The translations under genes and the position numbers were made by a program. The notes below the pieces were generated by a model that saw only the letters and a list, made by a program, of their open reading frames with translations, did no database searches and was not told the DNA's origin. Below, piece after piece: positions 17,641-27,368 of a DNA stretch of 64,000 nucleotides. The stretch spans positions 128,001-192,000 of the forward strand of contig CAXXMV010000003.1 of NCBI GenBank assembly GCA_963662285.2, given 5' to 3'. Position 1 is the stretch's first letter. The number at the start of each line of letters is the position of its first letter. The stretch is from a bacterium (GTDB taxonomy: Bacteria; Hinthialibacterota; Hinthialibacteria; Hinthialibacterales; Hinthialibacteraceae).

Positions 17641-18729
17641 ATGAACGATGTCATTAGTTCTAAAGCCACCCAACGCCTGACTTCGCTCGACGCGTTTCGC
17701 GGCATAATCATGATCTCTTTGATCTCGCATGGATTTGGATTTTCCGCTTTTGAGGGACATTCATTTCTGGGTTTTCTCGCTCGTCATACCGAGCATGTGG
17801 AGTGGAGCGGGTGCGTATATTGGGATCTGATCCAGCCAGCCTTTATGTTTATGGTTGGCGTGGCTATGCCATTCGCATTCGCCAAAAGGTTATCCCAGGG
17901 CGATTCTCATGCCAAGATTTTTATCCATTCTATACGCCGTTGTTTTAATCTGGTGCTGTTGGCGGCGCTGTTTTCTTCCATCCATAGCGGATCGCCCACC
18001 TGGAACCTGGTTAACGTGTTACCCCAGATCGCCTTTGGTTATCTGGTGACAATGTTGATCTTGAATATGGGATTAATGACGCAGGGCGTGATCGCACTGT
18101 TGATCGTGGTGATATATACCATTGTCTGGATTATGTATCCCGGCAACAGTCCTGACGGTCCCTGGGCGATGGGCAATGTCAACATGGGGTCTGATTTTGA
18201 TTTATGGCTGATGGGCAAACATTACAGCGGCTACTGGATCGCTTCGAACGCCATTCCTTCGACATCGACGATTATTGCGGGCGCCATGTGCGGTAAACTG
18301 ATTGCCAGCGACCGTTCCCACAAAGAGATTATGAAGATTTTCGCGATTGCGGCGGCGGTATTGATTGCCTCCGGCTGGTGTCTCAGTTTTTATATTCCGA
18401 TCATTAAACGAATCTTGTCAGCCTCATTCGCCTTGTACTCGACTGGTTGGGCTATCCTTTTCTTATTGTTCTTCTATTGGTTTATTGATGTGCTGGGTTA
18501 TAAGCGCTGGTGCTTCTTCATGGTGGTGGTTGGTATGAACTCCATAACCGCTTATGTGATCTTTCAACTTTTCCGTGGATGGATCAACAGTTCCATCCTG
18601 GTTTTCACTAGTTTTATTATCACCCCTATGGGATCTTACGGAACTGTACTGCAGGCGTTTCTAGTGCTTGGCGCGCAATGGTATATTCTTTACTTCTTCT
18701 ATAAGAATAAGATATTCTTTAAGGTTTAG
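17641..18729 (+). CDS. Membrane acyltransferase (DUF5009/heparan-alpha-glucosaminide N-acetyltransferase-like)
   Basis: RLTSLDAFRG, DLIQPAFMFMVG, PIIKR and VVGMNSI motifs. Confidence 0.88.
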   Translation: MNDVISSKATQRLTSLDAFRGIIMISLISHGFGFSAFEGHSFLGFLARHTEHVEWSGCVYWDLIQPAFMFMVGVAMPFAFAKRLSQGDSHAKIFIHSIRRCFNLVLLAALFSSIHSGSPTWNLVNVLPQIAFGYLVTMLILNMGLMTQGVIALLIVVIYTIVWIMYPGNSPDGPWAMGNVNMGSDFDLWLMGKHYSGYWIASNAIPSTSTIIAGAMCGKLIASDRSHKEIMKIFAIAAAVLIASGWCLSFYIPIIKRILSASFALYSTGWAILFLLFFYWFIDVLGYKRWCFFMVVVGMNSITAYVIFQLFRGWINSSILVFTSFIITPMGSYGTVLQAFLVLGAQWYILYFFYKNKIFFKV

Positions 18730-18757
18730 GATATGAGATATGCGTAGGTGGTAATGT

Positions 18758-18797
18758 GGTGGGCTACGCCGCTTTGCGGCTTTTAGCCCACCCTACG
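18758..18797 (-). repeat. REP family A
   Basis: GGTGGGCTACGCCGCTTTGCGGCTTTTAGCCCACCCTACG. Confidence 0.85.
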
Positions 18798-19580
18798 CGC
18801 TACGCGATAATTGAAAGGAATGATTATGTTTAGATTGATGATTCTTCTATCACTTTTCGCCATATCGTCTTTTAATTGTTTTGCGTCAGATATTTATGAA
18901 ATTGATGTTATTTTCTATGATAAACAATACCCGAATACTAGTGCGAATGCTGATTTTGTTAATGAGAAAGCAGCATTGGCGGAACAAGCGACCAATAAAG
19001 AATTTAAAGAATTATTTATGAACAATTCAATGAATGCAATTATAGTTGATAAATTTGGATACGACTATAATGTTCCATTTAAAGGATATATTGAAATTAC
19101 TGACGGTGAAATATCACGATATCGCTTCGAAGGTATAACCCCGTCAGTAGATATGTCAGGTGAAAAAGTTTTTAATTCACCTAGAATTTCATATGACCTT
19201 TATATGAAAGAATTGCACGATGGAAAAGATTTATATAGAGAAATAAAAACAAATAATGCGCCTGATCAAACTAATAAGGCTGTTTTTCGCAATCAAGATG
19301 TAACTAAAAATAAATTTTGGGGATATTGGGGTAATTATGTGACTAGATGTAATCAATTAAAAAAATACAATGCTATGCTTAGTGATGAATCAATACCTAT
19401 GGTTGAAGATTCATCTTTTTTTAAGTACCAAATTAATAGTGACATCAGTTTAAGCGTGCTGAAAGATGAATCGACTGCCTTTTTGAGTTCAAACAATGAC
19501 GAAGGAGAGAAGATAATTACACAGTGGTCACATCTAAAAAATAAGATTGATTTTCTTGTACCTGAAATCATTATATTTTT

Positions 19581-20971
19581 GCCTCTTCAAAAAAATCTGT
19601 GGGTGAAATTTGGTTCTGGTAAATCGCCAAGTGTATGATATAAGGCGATTTCCAGCGCTTTGTAGGTTCGAAAACCGTACGCCATTTTGGTAGTCACTTT
19701 GGCCTTGTTGTTTAAGCCTTCCACCACTCCAGAAGAAAACTCCTTTTTCGCCCGAAACCAGTTCAAAATCAGTTCGCGATGGTTGCGCAGCATCTTGGCC
19801 ACTTTCTTCATTGGTTCGATTCGCGAGCGCATGGTTTTAGTACACCACTGATCCATGAAGCGTCCAGCCCACCATGCTGATTTATATTCCCAGAAAAATT
19901 GAAATTCCTCTTTGAGAAGATAACTTCTCACCGTGCGCAGATTATATCGAACCACGTTGGCTAATTTATCGACCTGCTTGACTGTCAAATTATCCGGGCG
20001 TTTCAGAAACCACCAGCGACTTCCTTTTAATACCGGTTCTAATCCCTTGGCCTTCAATTCACGGGATTCTCCAGCGCGGACTTGATCTATGGCTTTGTTC
20101 ATATGAGCCATGATGTGAAACCGATCCAATACATTCAGCGCGCTTTTGGCTTTTTTGCGAATGACTTTGAGATAAGCTTTCCACATATCACTGCACACAA
20201 ATTCCAATTTTTTTGAACGCTCTTCCCCGAACCATCTGAAGAATTTCAACAGTGTTTTGATCTTTCTTTTTTCCCCGATCCACAGCAGCCGTTTGCAATT
20301 CTCATTGATTTGATATACCACTGTCACATACTGATGGCCGCCGCCCCATTGCATTTCATCGATTCCAATGGCGGTGATTCCTTCCAGGTTCACATGCTGG
20401 CGGCCCCATTCTACCGCCCGTTCAACCGAATGAAAAACATTGTACCAACTTGTTTGAAATGCTTCCGCCACTTGGCTCCAACTCATCCGCTTGGCCCAGC
20501 TCGCCAAGAACCATTGATAGATATGCGTTAATTCATGTTTACCATCGGCCCAAGGTACCTTTTCAACTTTCACTCCACAGCGGTGACAATTCACGCGGCG
20601 CATGGCATAGATCAGGAATACGGTTAATCCCCATATCGGGATAAACTCAAATCGGCGCGCATCTAATCTGTCATAACCTGATCCTTTTTCTCCGCAGCAT
20701 GAACATATCGGGCGGCTTTTGACATGAGCACGGACTTTTACCTCTATGGATGTTTTACCATTCCATTCACCAAATTTGCTAGAAGCATATACATACCCCT
20801 TGATTTTATGAACACGATTGAGGATTCTAATGACATCCATCCGGTTTCCTCCTGGTTGATGATTTTTCGCTGATTTCATTCTTTCAGGATAAGAGACCGG
20901 ATGTCTTTTTTATACCTCTACTATTCGAAGTATTTTTGCTATCATTCACCCACAGATTTCTTTATAGAACC
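19581..20971 (-). mobile_element. Complete ISL3-family insertion sequence (1391 bp)
   Basis: Imperfect terminal IRs GCCTCTTCAAAAAAATCTGTGGGTGAA / GGTTCTATAAAGAAATCTGTGGGTGAA; 8-bp target duplication ATATTTTT at 19573-19580 and 20972-20979. Confidence 0.95.
19587..20840 (-). CDS. ISL3 family transposase
   Basis: CSCCG/CHRCG zinc finger, IGIDE, CSDMW, DRFH, SSGVVEGLNNKAK, AYGFR. Probable start MDVIR at 20840 (AGGAGG upstream). Confidence 0.95.
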   Translation of the reverse strand: MDVIRILNRVHKIKGYVYASSKFGEWNGKTSIEVKVRAHVKSRPICSCCGEKGSGYDRLDARRFEFIPIWGLTVFLIYAMRRVNCHRCGVKVEKVPWADGKHELTHIYQWFLASWAKRMSWSQVAEAFQTSWYNVFHSVERAVEWGRQHVNLEGITAIGIDEMQWGGGHQYVTVVYQINENCKRLLWIGEKRKIKTLLKFFRWFGEERSKKLEFVCSDMWKAYLKVIRKKAKSALNVLDRFHIMAHMNKAIDQVRAGESRELKAKGLEPVLKGSRWWFLKRPDNLTVKQVDKLANVVRYNLRTVRSYLLKEEFQFFWEYKSAWWAGRFMDQWCTKTMRSRIEPMKKVAKMLRNHRELILNWFRAKKEFSSGVVEGLNNKAKVTTKMAYGFRTYKALEIALYHTLGDLPEPNFTHRFF

Positions 20972-21174
20972 ATATTTTTAGATAACTCAGAACAAAAATT
21001 CGATGTTATTCGATGCGAGAAAATTGAAGGTGATAACGATGTATTATTTGAAATTCCTGACGATGCAGTGGAAGCAGGTTTTGTAGAAGCAAAACAAAAT
21101 TAGAATTTTTAATAAAGAGCACATACGCATTGCATGGAAGCATCATCACGATAAGTGTTGGTTATAATATTGGT

Positions 21175-22197
21175 TTACGATAAAACGGCTTTGATATTTC
21201 TGACGAATTCCATGACGTCGTCTGGAGTTGTATCGAATGAGGTCATCCAGCGGACTTCGGAGGCGGCTTCGTTCCAGACGTAGAAAAAATGTTTTTCCTG
21301 CAATTTGGGGATAGCATCTTTCGGGATGACCGCGAAGACGCCATTTGATTCGACCTCTTGAGTCAGTTGTACTTGGGGGATGCCGCTTACTTGCTCTGCC
21401 AGTAGTTGCGCCATATCATTGGCTTGTTTGGCGTTTCTGAACCAAAGATTGTTGGTTAGGTAGGCGTGGTATTGAGCCGCGATATAGCGCATTTTTGAAG
21501 TTAACTGCATGCCCTGTTTACGCACGTATTTGAAATTGGTTGACAGGCCTTTTTTTAGAAATACGATGCACTCGCCAAACATCATGCCGTTTTTGGTCCC
21601 GCCAAACGAGAGGATATCCACGTCGACATCGGTCGTCATTTCACGAAGACTTGTTCCCAGATGCACCGCCGCATTACATAACCTGGCGCCATCGACGTGA
21701 AGCAGCATATTATGCTGATGGGCGAGAACTGCAATATCTTTAATCTCATCCAGTGTGTATACGGTTCCAACTTCGGTCGCTTGAGTTATAGAGACTACTT
21801 TGGGTTGTGCATGATGCTCGAAACCAAAACCGTGCAGATGATATTTGAAGCCTTCCAGTGATAGTTTTCCATTGGGGGATGGTGCGGTCAGTAATTTACA
21901 TCCCGTAAAATGCTCAGGGGCGCCGCATTCATCGTTGTGGATATGGGAAGACTCGGCGCAAATTATGGAATTATAACTATCAGTAACCTGCTTCAGGCTG
22001 AGAACATTGGCTGCGGTTCCACCAAAAACAAAAAAAGGGTCGGCGTCATCGCCAAAGCAGGCTTTGATTTTCTGTATAGCTGCTTTGGTGTAGGGATCGT
22101 CTCCATAGGCAATGGCGTGTCCGGTGTTGGCTGCGGCTATGGCGTCCATCACCTCTGGATGAACGCCGGAATTATTATCGCTGGCAAAGCTTCTCAT
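21175..22197 (-). CDS. ltaE: Low-specificity L-threonine aldolase
   Basis: FASDN, GGTAAN, HVDGARL and SFGGTKNG (PLP lysine) motifs. Confidence 0.9.
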   Translation of the reverse strand: MRSFASDNNSGVHPEVMDAIAAANTGHAIAYGDDPYTKAAIQKIKACFGDDADPFFVFGGTAANVLSLKQVTDSYNSIICAESSHIHNDECGAPEHFTGCKLLTAPSPNGKLSLEGFKYHLHGFGFEHHAQPKVVSITQATEVGTVYTLDEIKDIAVLAHQHNMLLHVDGARLCNAAVHLGTSLREMTTDVDVDILSFGGTKNGMMFGECIVFLKKGLSTNFKYVRKQGMQLTSKMRYIAAQYHAYLTNNLWFRNAKQANDMAQLLAEQVSGIPQVQLTQEVESNGVFAVIPKDAIPKLQEKHFFYVWNEAASEVRWMTSFDTTPDDVMEFVRNIKAVLS

Positions 22198-22257
22198 GGT
22201 TGTTTGATATTCCTGTTATTATTTATGTATTCATTACACCTTATATGGGGTGGTTTG

Positions 22258-22353
22258 ATCAAGGGGTGGATGCAATGCGGTCTTGCCCTTGAAGCACATT
22301 GAGTTTCCCCGGTTTGTACTGTATTGCGGGCGCCCACGAGGGGCGCACCCTAC
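22258..22353. repeat. Family C (22258-22291) plus REP-B (22328-22353)
   Basis: ATCAAGGGGTGGATGCAATGCGGTCTTGCCCTTG; GGGCGCCCACGAGGGGCGCACCCTAC. Confidence 0.75.
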
Positions 22354-22428
22354 TTTTCTGGATATTTGTTATATTTACAGTATGTTATGCGTTATTATAT
22401 AAATGTTACTCCATGGGAGGGGTATATT

Positions 22429-25400
22429 ATGAGTGGTCTATCGGGCGGCGTATGGCGTCTTATTTTTGTTTATTGTTTAATGGCTTATCCGGTTTTGGCT
22501 GATGGGATTGATCTTTTGCAACGGTATCCCACAACATTAACTGAAGTAACTACGCAGGATTTTGCCTGGAATTTTAGCAAAAATGATATCTTTGAACTAT
22601 CTGAATTTAATCTTACCGTAAAAGATTCGTTAGAAATCAAACTTGATGCAGCAGATGTCGGCATCGGCGTTTCAGAAAATGGCGCTGTCTGGGCCGCGGT
22701 TATCCCCCGTGCAACTGGAACCATACTCAGTGAAGCGGCGCCCATGTCTGAAATCGTAGCTCATGTCTGGCTTCGATTTAATCCCTCTGAAATTGTTAAA
22801 CTTTTCCCGCCTGATACTGTCAAAGCGTCCGGTGATGCTAAGACCTATAACCGGATGCGTCAAATATGCGATTTGCGGTTTCGATCCAGTTATCACCGGG
22901 GCAATAACGCCTTGATTCCTGCGGTTGGCGTTTATGGCGTGGATGTTGATGTAACTGAAGGCCAGAGACGATTCTTTAGCATTGATCTGAACAAGAAAGA
23001 GGTAAAACACTTCCCCGATTTAAACAAAGCTATATCAGTCAAACGCATTTCCCAGAATGATGCGGAACTTAGTTTCGATATGATATGGAATGCTTTTGAC
23101 CGGGATTACGCTATGTTCGTGATCCGGCCTGAGGTTGATTGGGACGCCTTGAAAGTGCAATACCGTCCCTTGGCCATTGAGTGCAAAACCGCTTATGATT
23201 TTGCCTGCGTTTGCGCGGAGATGTTGGCTCACCTGCGCGATTTGCACGTCTGGGTGCGTATAGGGAGCGACAGCATCCCGGTGTTCAACAGGCCCCGTAT
23301 ATTGAACGCTAATCCACAGGCGATTCCTTCTATTGTTGGTGAACTTGAAAGAGCCAAATCCGTGCAATGGGCGGTGACTAAAGATAAAATTGGATATATC
23401 GCTATCAATTCATGGAGCGACCAGAAGGCGCCCAAGAGTTTTGAGAAGGCCATCGCAACTATGGCTGATACGAGGGGGCTGATTGTTGATGTCCGTATGA
23501 ATGGCGGAGGTAGTGAGACTTTAGCAATGCCGGTCGCCGGGCGGTTTCTGGTTGAGGAAGCGACTTACGCTTATAGTCAATACCGCAGTGATAAATCTGA
23601 TCGCACTGCACTTTGCGACATGATAGCGAGACGCGTTAAACCAGCTGGAGACTGGTGTTATGACCGTCCGGTAGTGTTGTTGATCGGACAGAAATGCCTG
23701 AGTAGTAATGAGGCTTTCGCCGCCATGATGGACCAGGCGCCGCAGGTTACCTTGATGGGCGACCATACTGGAGGTTCCAGCGGCAACCCCAAAATGATAG
23801 AAACGCCGATTGACGTGCGGGTCAGCGTTCCGCGCTGGCTCAGTATATTGACCGATGGGAAGCCGCTTGATGAACGCGGCGTGCAGCCGGATGTGTTTTT
23901 TGACGCTCAGCCTGACTCATTCACCAATGGCGATGCATTGCTCGAAGCAGCTTTAGAGCGGTTGCGTGGGTTTGATCTTCCTGAAGAACCGATTGATATT
24001 CCCGTTGTTGAAGAGGCGCCGCCGGATGAGATTGCGCAACAGCAATCTTCAAGCGGCATGGCGCAAGGTTCGACTGGCCAACAGCCGCCTTCATATATGT
24101 ATCTTGATCCTTTATTCGGCAATGAAGAGGTAGAACCGGACTATGAAATTATGATCTCTTTTGATCAGCTGATGAAGCCGGATTGCGTCCAACTGCAATT
24201 TTCTAAAGGCGGAGTGCGTGCGGTGAAAGATATTTCGTATGATGAAGAGACTTATGGCTTTACTATGCCCGTGCAGTTTGAACCAGAATGCGAATTCGAG
24301 ATAACCATTCCCGCAAATGGCTTCCAAACTATAAAAGGGGCTGGTTCGTCCCGGATGGCTTGGACTTTTAAGACGACATCTTTTGAACCGGATAAGGAAG
24401 CGCCTGATCCGAAACTTATAGCAGTTGATCCGCCCGAAGGTTCTACCGTCTCGCGCATTACGCATCTGCGTTTGCAGTATGACTGCCCAATGGCGCCGCG
24501 CAGCGTTTACTTGCAATACACCGGAGGCAACAAAAAAGCGAAAGCGCAATTATGCCCGGATGTGCAGTATGAATCTGAAAGCAATACTCTTGTGTTACCA
24601 ATAATTTTCCCCTCTGATTGGGATGGAGAAATATTACTGAGCGGATTGCAAAGCAGAGCGGGGAAGCCAGCTGATGCAGTAAAACTTAAATTCAAGACTA
24701 GCGACCAAATGTTTTCTGAGTCGTATTTGAAAGAATTTGAGCAGACTGAGAAGGAGAAAGAACTGCTCTCTTTATTAGCCTCTATAAAGAAAGCCCGTAC
24801 GGCGATTAAATCACTGGATGAAACGGTTCAGCGCATTGCTTTGGGAGGTTTAAGGAAATTTGGATTCACTGAGTTGCGCGTCCAGTCGGCCAGTTATAAA
24901 GTGCAGGGCGCCAGCCAGTTTGTCGCTGATATCAGTGGTTACATGGCAGAGCCATTTTTTATCGGTTCCACTGGTAGGCGTTATTGGCAGTATTCCAATG
25001 AATCAGGCAAAAAATCGCTTCAGGGTTGTTTTCCCGATGAGGTCAATGAGGTTGCATTAAGCGTATTTGATCCCTTTGGTTTAACATCTAAAACTATTGA
25101 TACCGTCATGAAAGACAATAATCTGCAATACCTGGGGACTGAGCAATTGATAGACCGGGATGTGCATATTATTCGCGCTTGGCGGGTAGTGCAGCGCAAC
25201 GGTCAAGACTTGCTATGTTTGGATCGCTGGTTTGTTGATCAAGAATCTTTTCTGCCATTACGAATGCTACGAGCCTCAAGCGATGGGGCATGTTTTATAT
25301 ACGTTTTCCAGATTAACCATACCAATGAAGAATATACCACTACTGATTTCGCTCCAGCCAAGGTAACCCGGATGCCTATGACATTTGAAGAGGGATTGGG

Positions 25401-25512
25401 TGAAGGTTTCGACTCGCGGTTTATCCATGTGATGGATGGCAGCGATGGCGACTTCCAGGTTGACTGGGGTAAATCCGGGGTGGATAAATATGAAAGCGTT
25501 GGATTGAATTGA
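22429..25512 (+). CDS. Secreted multidomain S41-family peptidase with Ig-like and LolA-like C-terminal regions
   Basis: Start set at MSGLS (GGAGG upstream). LRDLH, IGYIAI, LIVDVRMNGGG, SSNE, GDHTGG and GVQPD motifs are S41-like; the C-terminal domain calls are tentative. Confidence 0.8.
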   Translation: MSGLSGGVWRLIFVYCLMAYPVLADGIDLLQRYPTTLTEVTTQDFAWNFSKNDIFELSEFNLTVKDSLEIKLDAADVGIGVSENGAVWAAVIPRATGTILSEAAPMSEIVAHVWLRFNPSEIVKLFPPDTVKASGDAKTYNRMRQICDLRFRSSYHRGNNALIPAVGVYGVDVDVTEGQRRFFSIDLNKKEVKHFPDLNKAISVKRISQNDAELSFDMIWNAFDRDYAMFVIRPEVDWDALKVQYRPLAIECKTAYDFACVCAEMLAHLRDLHVWVRIGSDSIPVFNRPRILNANPQAIPSIVGELERAKSVQWAVTKDKIGYIAINSWSDQKAPKSFEKAIATMADTRGLIVDVRMNGGGSETLAMPVAGRFLVEEATYAYSQYRSDKSDRTALCDMIARRVKPAGDWCYDRPVVLLIGQKCLSSNEAFAAMMDQAPQVTLMGDHTGGSSGNPKMIETPIDVRVSVPRWLSILTDGKPLDERGVQPDVFFDAQPDSFTNGDALLEAALERLRGFDLPEEPIDIPVVEEAPPDEIAQQQSSSGMAQGSTGQQPPSYMYLDPLFGNEEVEPDYEIMISFDQLMKPDCVQLQFSKGGVRAVKDISYDEETYGFTMPVQFEPECEFEITIPANGFQTIKGAGSSRMAWTFKTTSFEPDKEAPDPKLIAVDPPEGSTVSRITHLRLQYDCPMAPRSVYLQYTGGNKKAKAQLCPDVQYESESNTLVLPIIFPSDWDGEILLSGLQSRAGKPADAVKLKFKTSDQMFSESYLKEFEQTEKEKELLSLLASIKKARTAIKSLDETVQRIALGGLRKFGFTELRVQSASYKVQGASQFVADISGYMAEPFFIGSTGRRYWQYSNESGKKSLQGCFPDEVNEVALSVFDPFGLTSKTIDTVMKDNNLQYLGTEQLIDRDVHIIRAWRVVQRNGQDLLCLDRWFVDQESFLPLRMLRASSDGACFIYVFQINHTNEEYTTTDFAPAKVTRMPMTFEEGLGEGFDSRFIHVMDGSDGDFQVDWGKSGVDKYESVGLN

Positions 25513-25526
25513 GGATTTGGAATTCT

Positions 25527-25603
25527 CCCTCACCCTTTCCCTCTCCTGTCGGGAGAGGGGATGTGTTGAACGTGAGTAGTTGCATCAAGGGCTGAACGCA
25601 TTG
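25527..25603. repeat. BoxC-like D (25527-25561) plus truncated family C (25580-25603)
   Basis: CCCTCACCCTTTCCCTCTCC...GGGAGAGGGGA; TTGCATCAAGGGCTGAACGCATTG. Confidence 0.78.
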
Positions 25604-25724
25604 CTCTCTTTTCTTGGTATCCGATAGTATATATTATGATCTTGCGCAATAGCACTCTTCCTTATCCGTGCCCAGTGCCTTGTCGTGCGATTTATATGTT
25701 ACCATGCTTCAAAATATATTTCTT

Positions 25725-27215
25725 TTAAATCTTCTTTTCAAATTGTTTAAATTTACTTAAATCATACACCATATAGTCAATATAGTCTATTTCATCTTTA
25801 TAAATATTTTTCAAAATACATTGGCTTTCCATTTTTCCAATTTCCTCAAGCGAAAAGGATTCATTGTTTCTACTAAGTAGAAATTCTGATAACTTATCTT
25901 TGTCTTTTGAGTCTATAAAGAATATAACTTTATCTGCGCTTGCTCTGTGTTGTTCCTCAAATGCTTCGCTTGGCAGGTGGATTACTTTTACATATTTGAA
26001 TTCTCCACGCTTTGTTCTTATGACTACTTGATGATTGTGAAATTTTTGGAATTCATATTTATTTACATCTATAATACGAAAAAAATTACAACGAATAAAT
26101 TGGCCTCTAGATTTTAAGTCATAATATTCTGTGTATTTTATAAAATCAATCGTGGCTTTATAGTATTCTTTGTTTTTTTGGGGGGCTTTTTTTTCTAATT
26201 CTACTAACCTTTCCACTAAATTGCTGTAACCTTTGTTTTGCCATTTTGTTATCCAGTCAAGTGTCAAATAGGGTGAAGCACTTTTTAAATCTTCTTTGAG
26301 ATGTTTGAGATAGAGTGGAACAACAAGTTCTTCATTTAGTTCATGTCGAATTTGTTCATTAAGGAATGATTCTCCAAATGAGGCACCAACCCATTTTTGT
26401 GATTTTTCAAGTTTCGCTGCTTCAATAATTGCATCGCCTATAAATGTATTAGTAGCTTTATGCATAATTGCTTCACCAAAGCATATACTTCCACGAAGTG
26501 GAATCCCCAATTTTAATGCCTCACACATTAAATCTGCGCACTTTGCTGTAAAGGGAGATGCGTGATTATCCGTTGCTGTTGTCCATAATAAAATTGTGTC
26601 ACTAAAATAAGCATACTTTACTGGAACATAAGTCGTTCCTAATAAATATTGATTGAATCCAACTTTTACCTTTTCAAAAGATTTATACCCTTTTTTTAAA
26701 ACCGATAAATTGATAAGGTTTTGATATAATTCTAGTACGGCTTGGCTTCCTATTTTTGTTACAAGATTTGAAAAACCTAAAACATCAAAAAATGCAACAA
26801 AATAAAGTTGAGGTGTCAAGACTTCTTCAAAATCACACTCTGTTGTGGGGGGAATAGTTTCGTTAATATTGACAAATTCAACTTTATCACCAACATGTTC
26901 CCGTTTACCTGCAAATACTACAATACACTCTATGTCAGTTTTATCTTTAATCCCATTTATTGGAAGTTTTCCCAAGGATTCAAAGTAATCAAATTCACTT
27001 TCTGAAATTCCAAGTAGATCTGCAAATGTAACTGGGAATAAGAAATCAACAATTGTTTTTCGTTGGGTTTTCGAGTCATACTCAGTTTTATCCCACTGTT
27101 CCTTACAGTGTTGGATATATTCTTCACGTGTCAGTCCTCTTTTTTCGTAAGCTTTAAGATCAAGATATTTTTTAATTAAGTTTTCTGAAAATTCCATATC
27201 CAATTCTTCTTTCAT
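25725..27215 (-). CDS. AT-rich protein with a central class III nucleotide cyclase-like domain
   Basis: VAFFDVLGFS, YFSDTI, GIPLRGSICFG and FIGDAIIEAAKLEK motifs. Start uncertain (27215 or 27197). Confidence 0.72.
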   Translation of the reverse strand: MKEELDMEFSENLIKKYLDLKAYEKRGLTREEYIQHCKEQWDKTEYDSKTQRKTIVDFLFPVTFADLLGISESEFDYFESLGKLPINGIKDKTDIECIVVFAGKREHVGDKVEFVNINETIPPTTECDFEEVLTPQLYFVAFFDVLGFSNLVTKIGSQAVLELYQNLINLSVLKKGYKSFEKVKVGFNQYLLGTTYVPVKYAYFSDTILLWTTATDNHASPFTAKCADLMCEALKLGIPLRGSICFGEAIMHKATNTFIGDAIIEAAKLEKSQKWVGASFGESFLNEQIRHELNEELVVPLYLKHLKEDLKSASPYLTLDWITKWQNKGYSNLVERLVELEKKAPQKNKEYYKATIDFIKYTEYYDLKSRGQFIRCNFFRIIDVNKYEFQKFHNHQVVIRTKRGEFKYVKVIHLPSEAFEEQHRASADKVIFFIDSKDKDKLSEFLLSRNNESFSLEEIGKMESQCILKNIYKDEIDYIDYMVYDLSKFKQFEKKI

Positions 27216-27300
27216 CCAACTGTGATTGTACTCTGTGCCAAGATACCTTGAGACACCTAGCCTGATTACCTCCAAGTGGGAAAGGGTACGCTTGAGATGT

Positions 27301-27345
27301 TTGCATCAAGGGCTGGACACAATGCGTTCTTGCCCTTGGCGCCTG
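27301..27345 (+). repeat. Family C palindrome
   Basis: TTGCATCAAGGGCTGGACACAATGCGTTCTTGCCCTTGGCGCCTG. Confidence 0.8.
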
Positions 27346-27368
27346 CTCTCCTTGGCACCCGTATCGCT

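Larger units (their letters stand above)
18826..21103 (+). pseudogene. AT-rich secreted hypothetical protein interrupted by ISL3
   Basis: Removing the IS and one target-site copy joins ...VPEIIIF to LDNSEQKFDVIRCEKIEGDNDVLFEIPDDAVEAGFVEAKQN* in frame (TAG 21101-21103). Confidence 0.85.
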
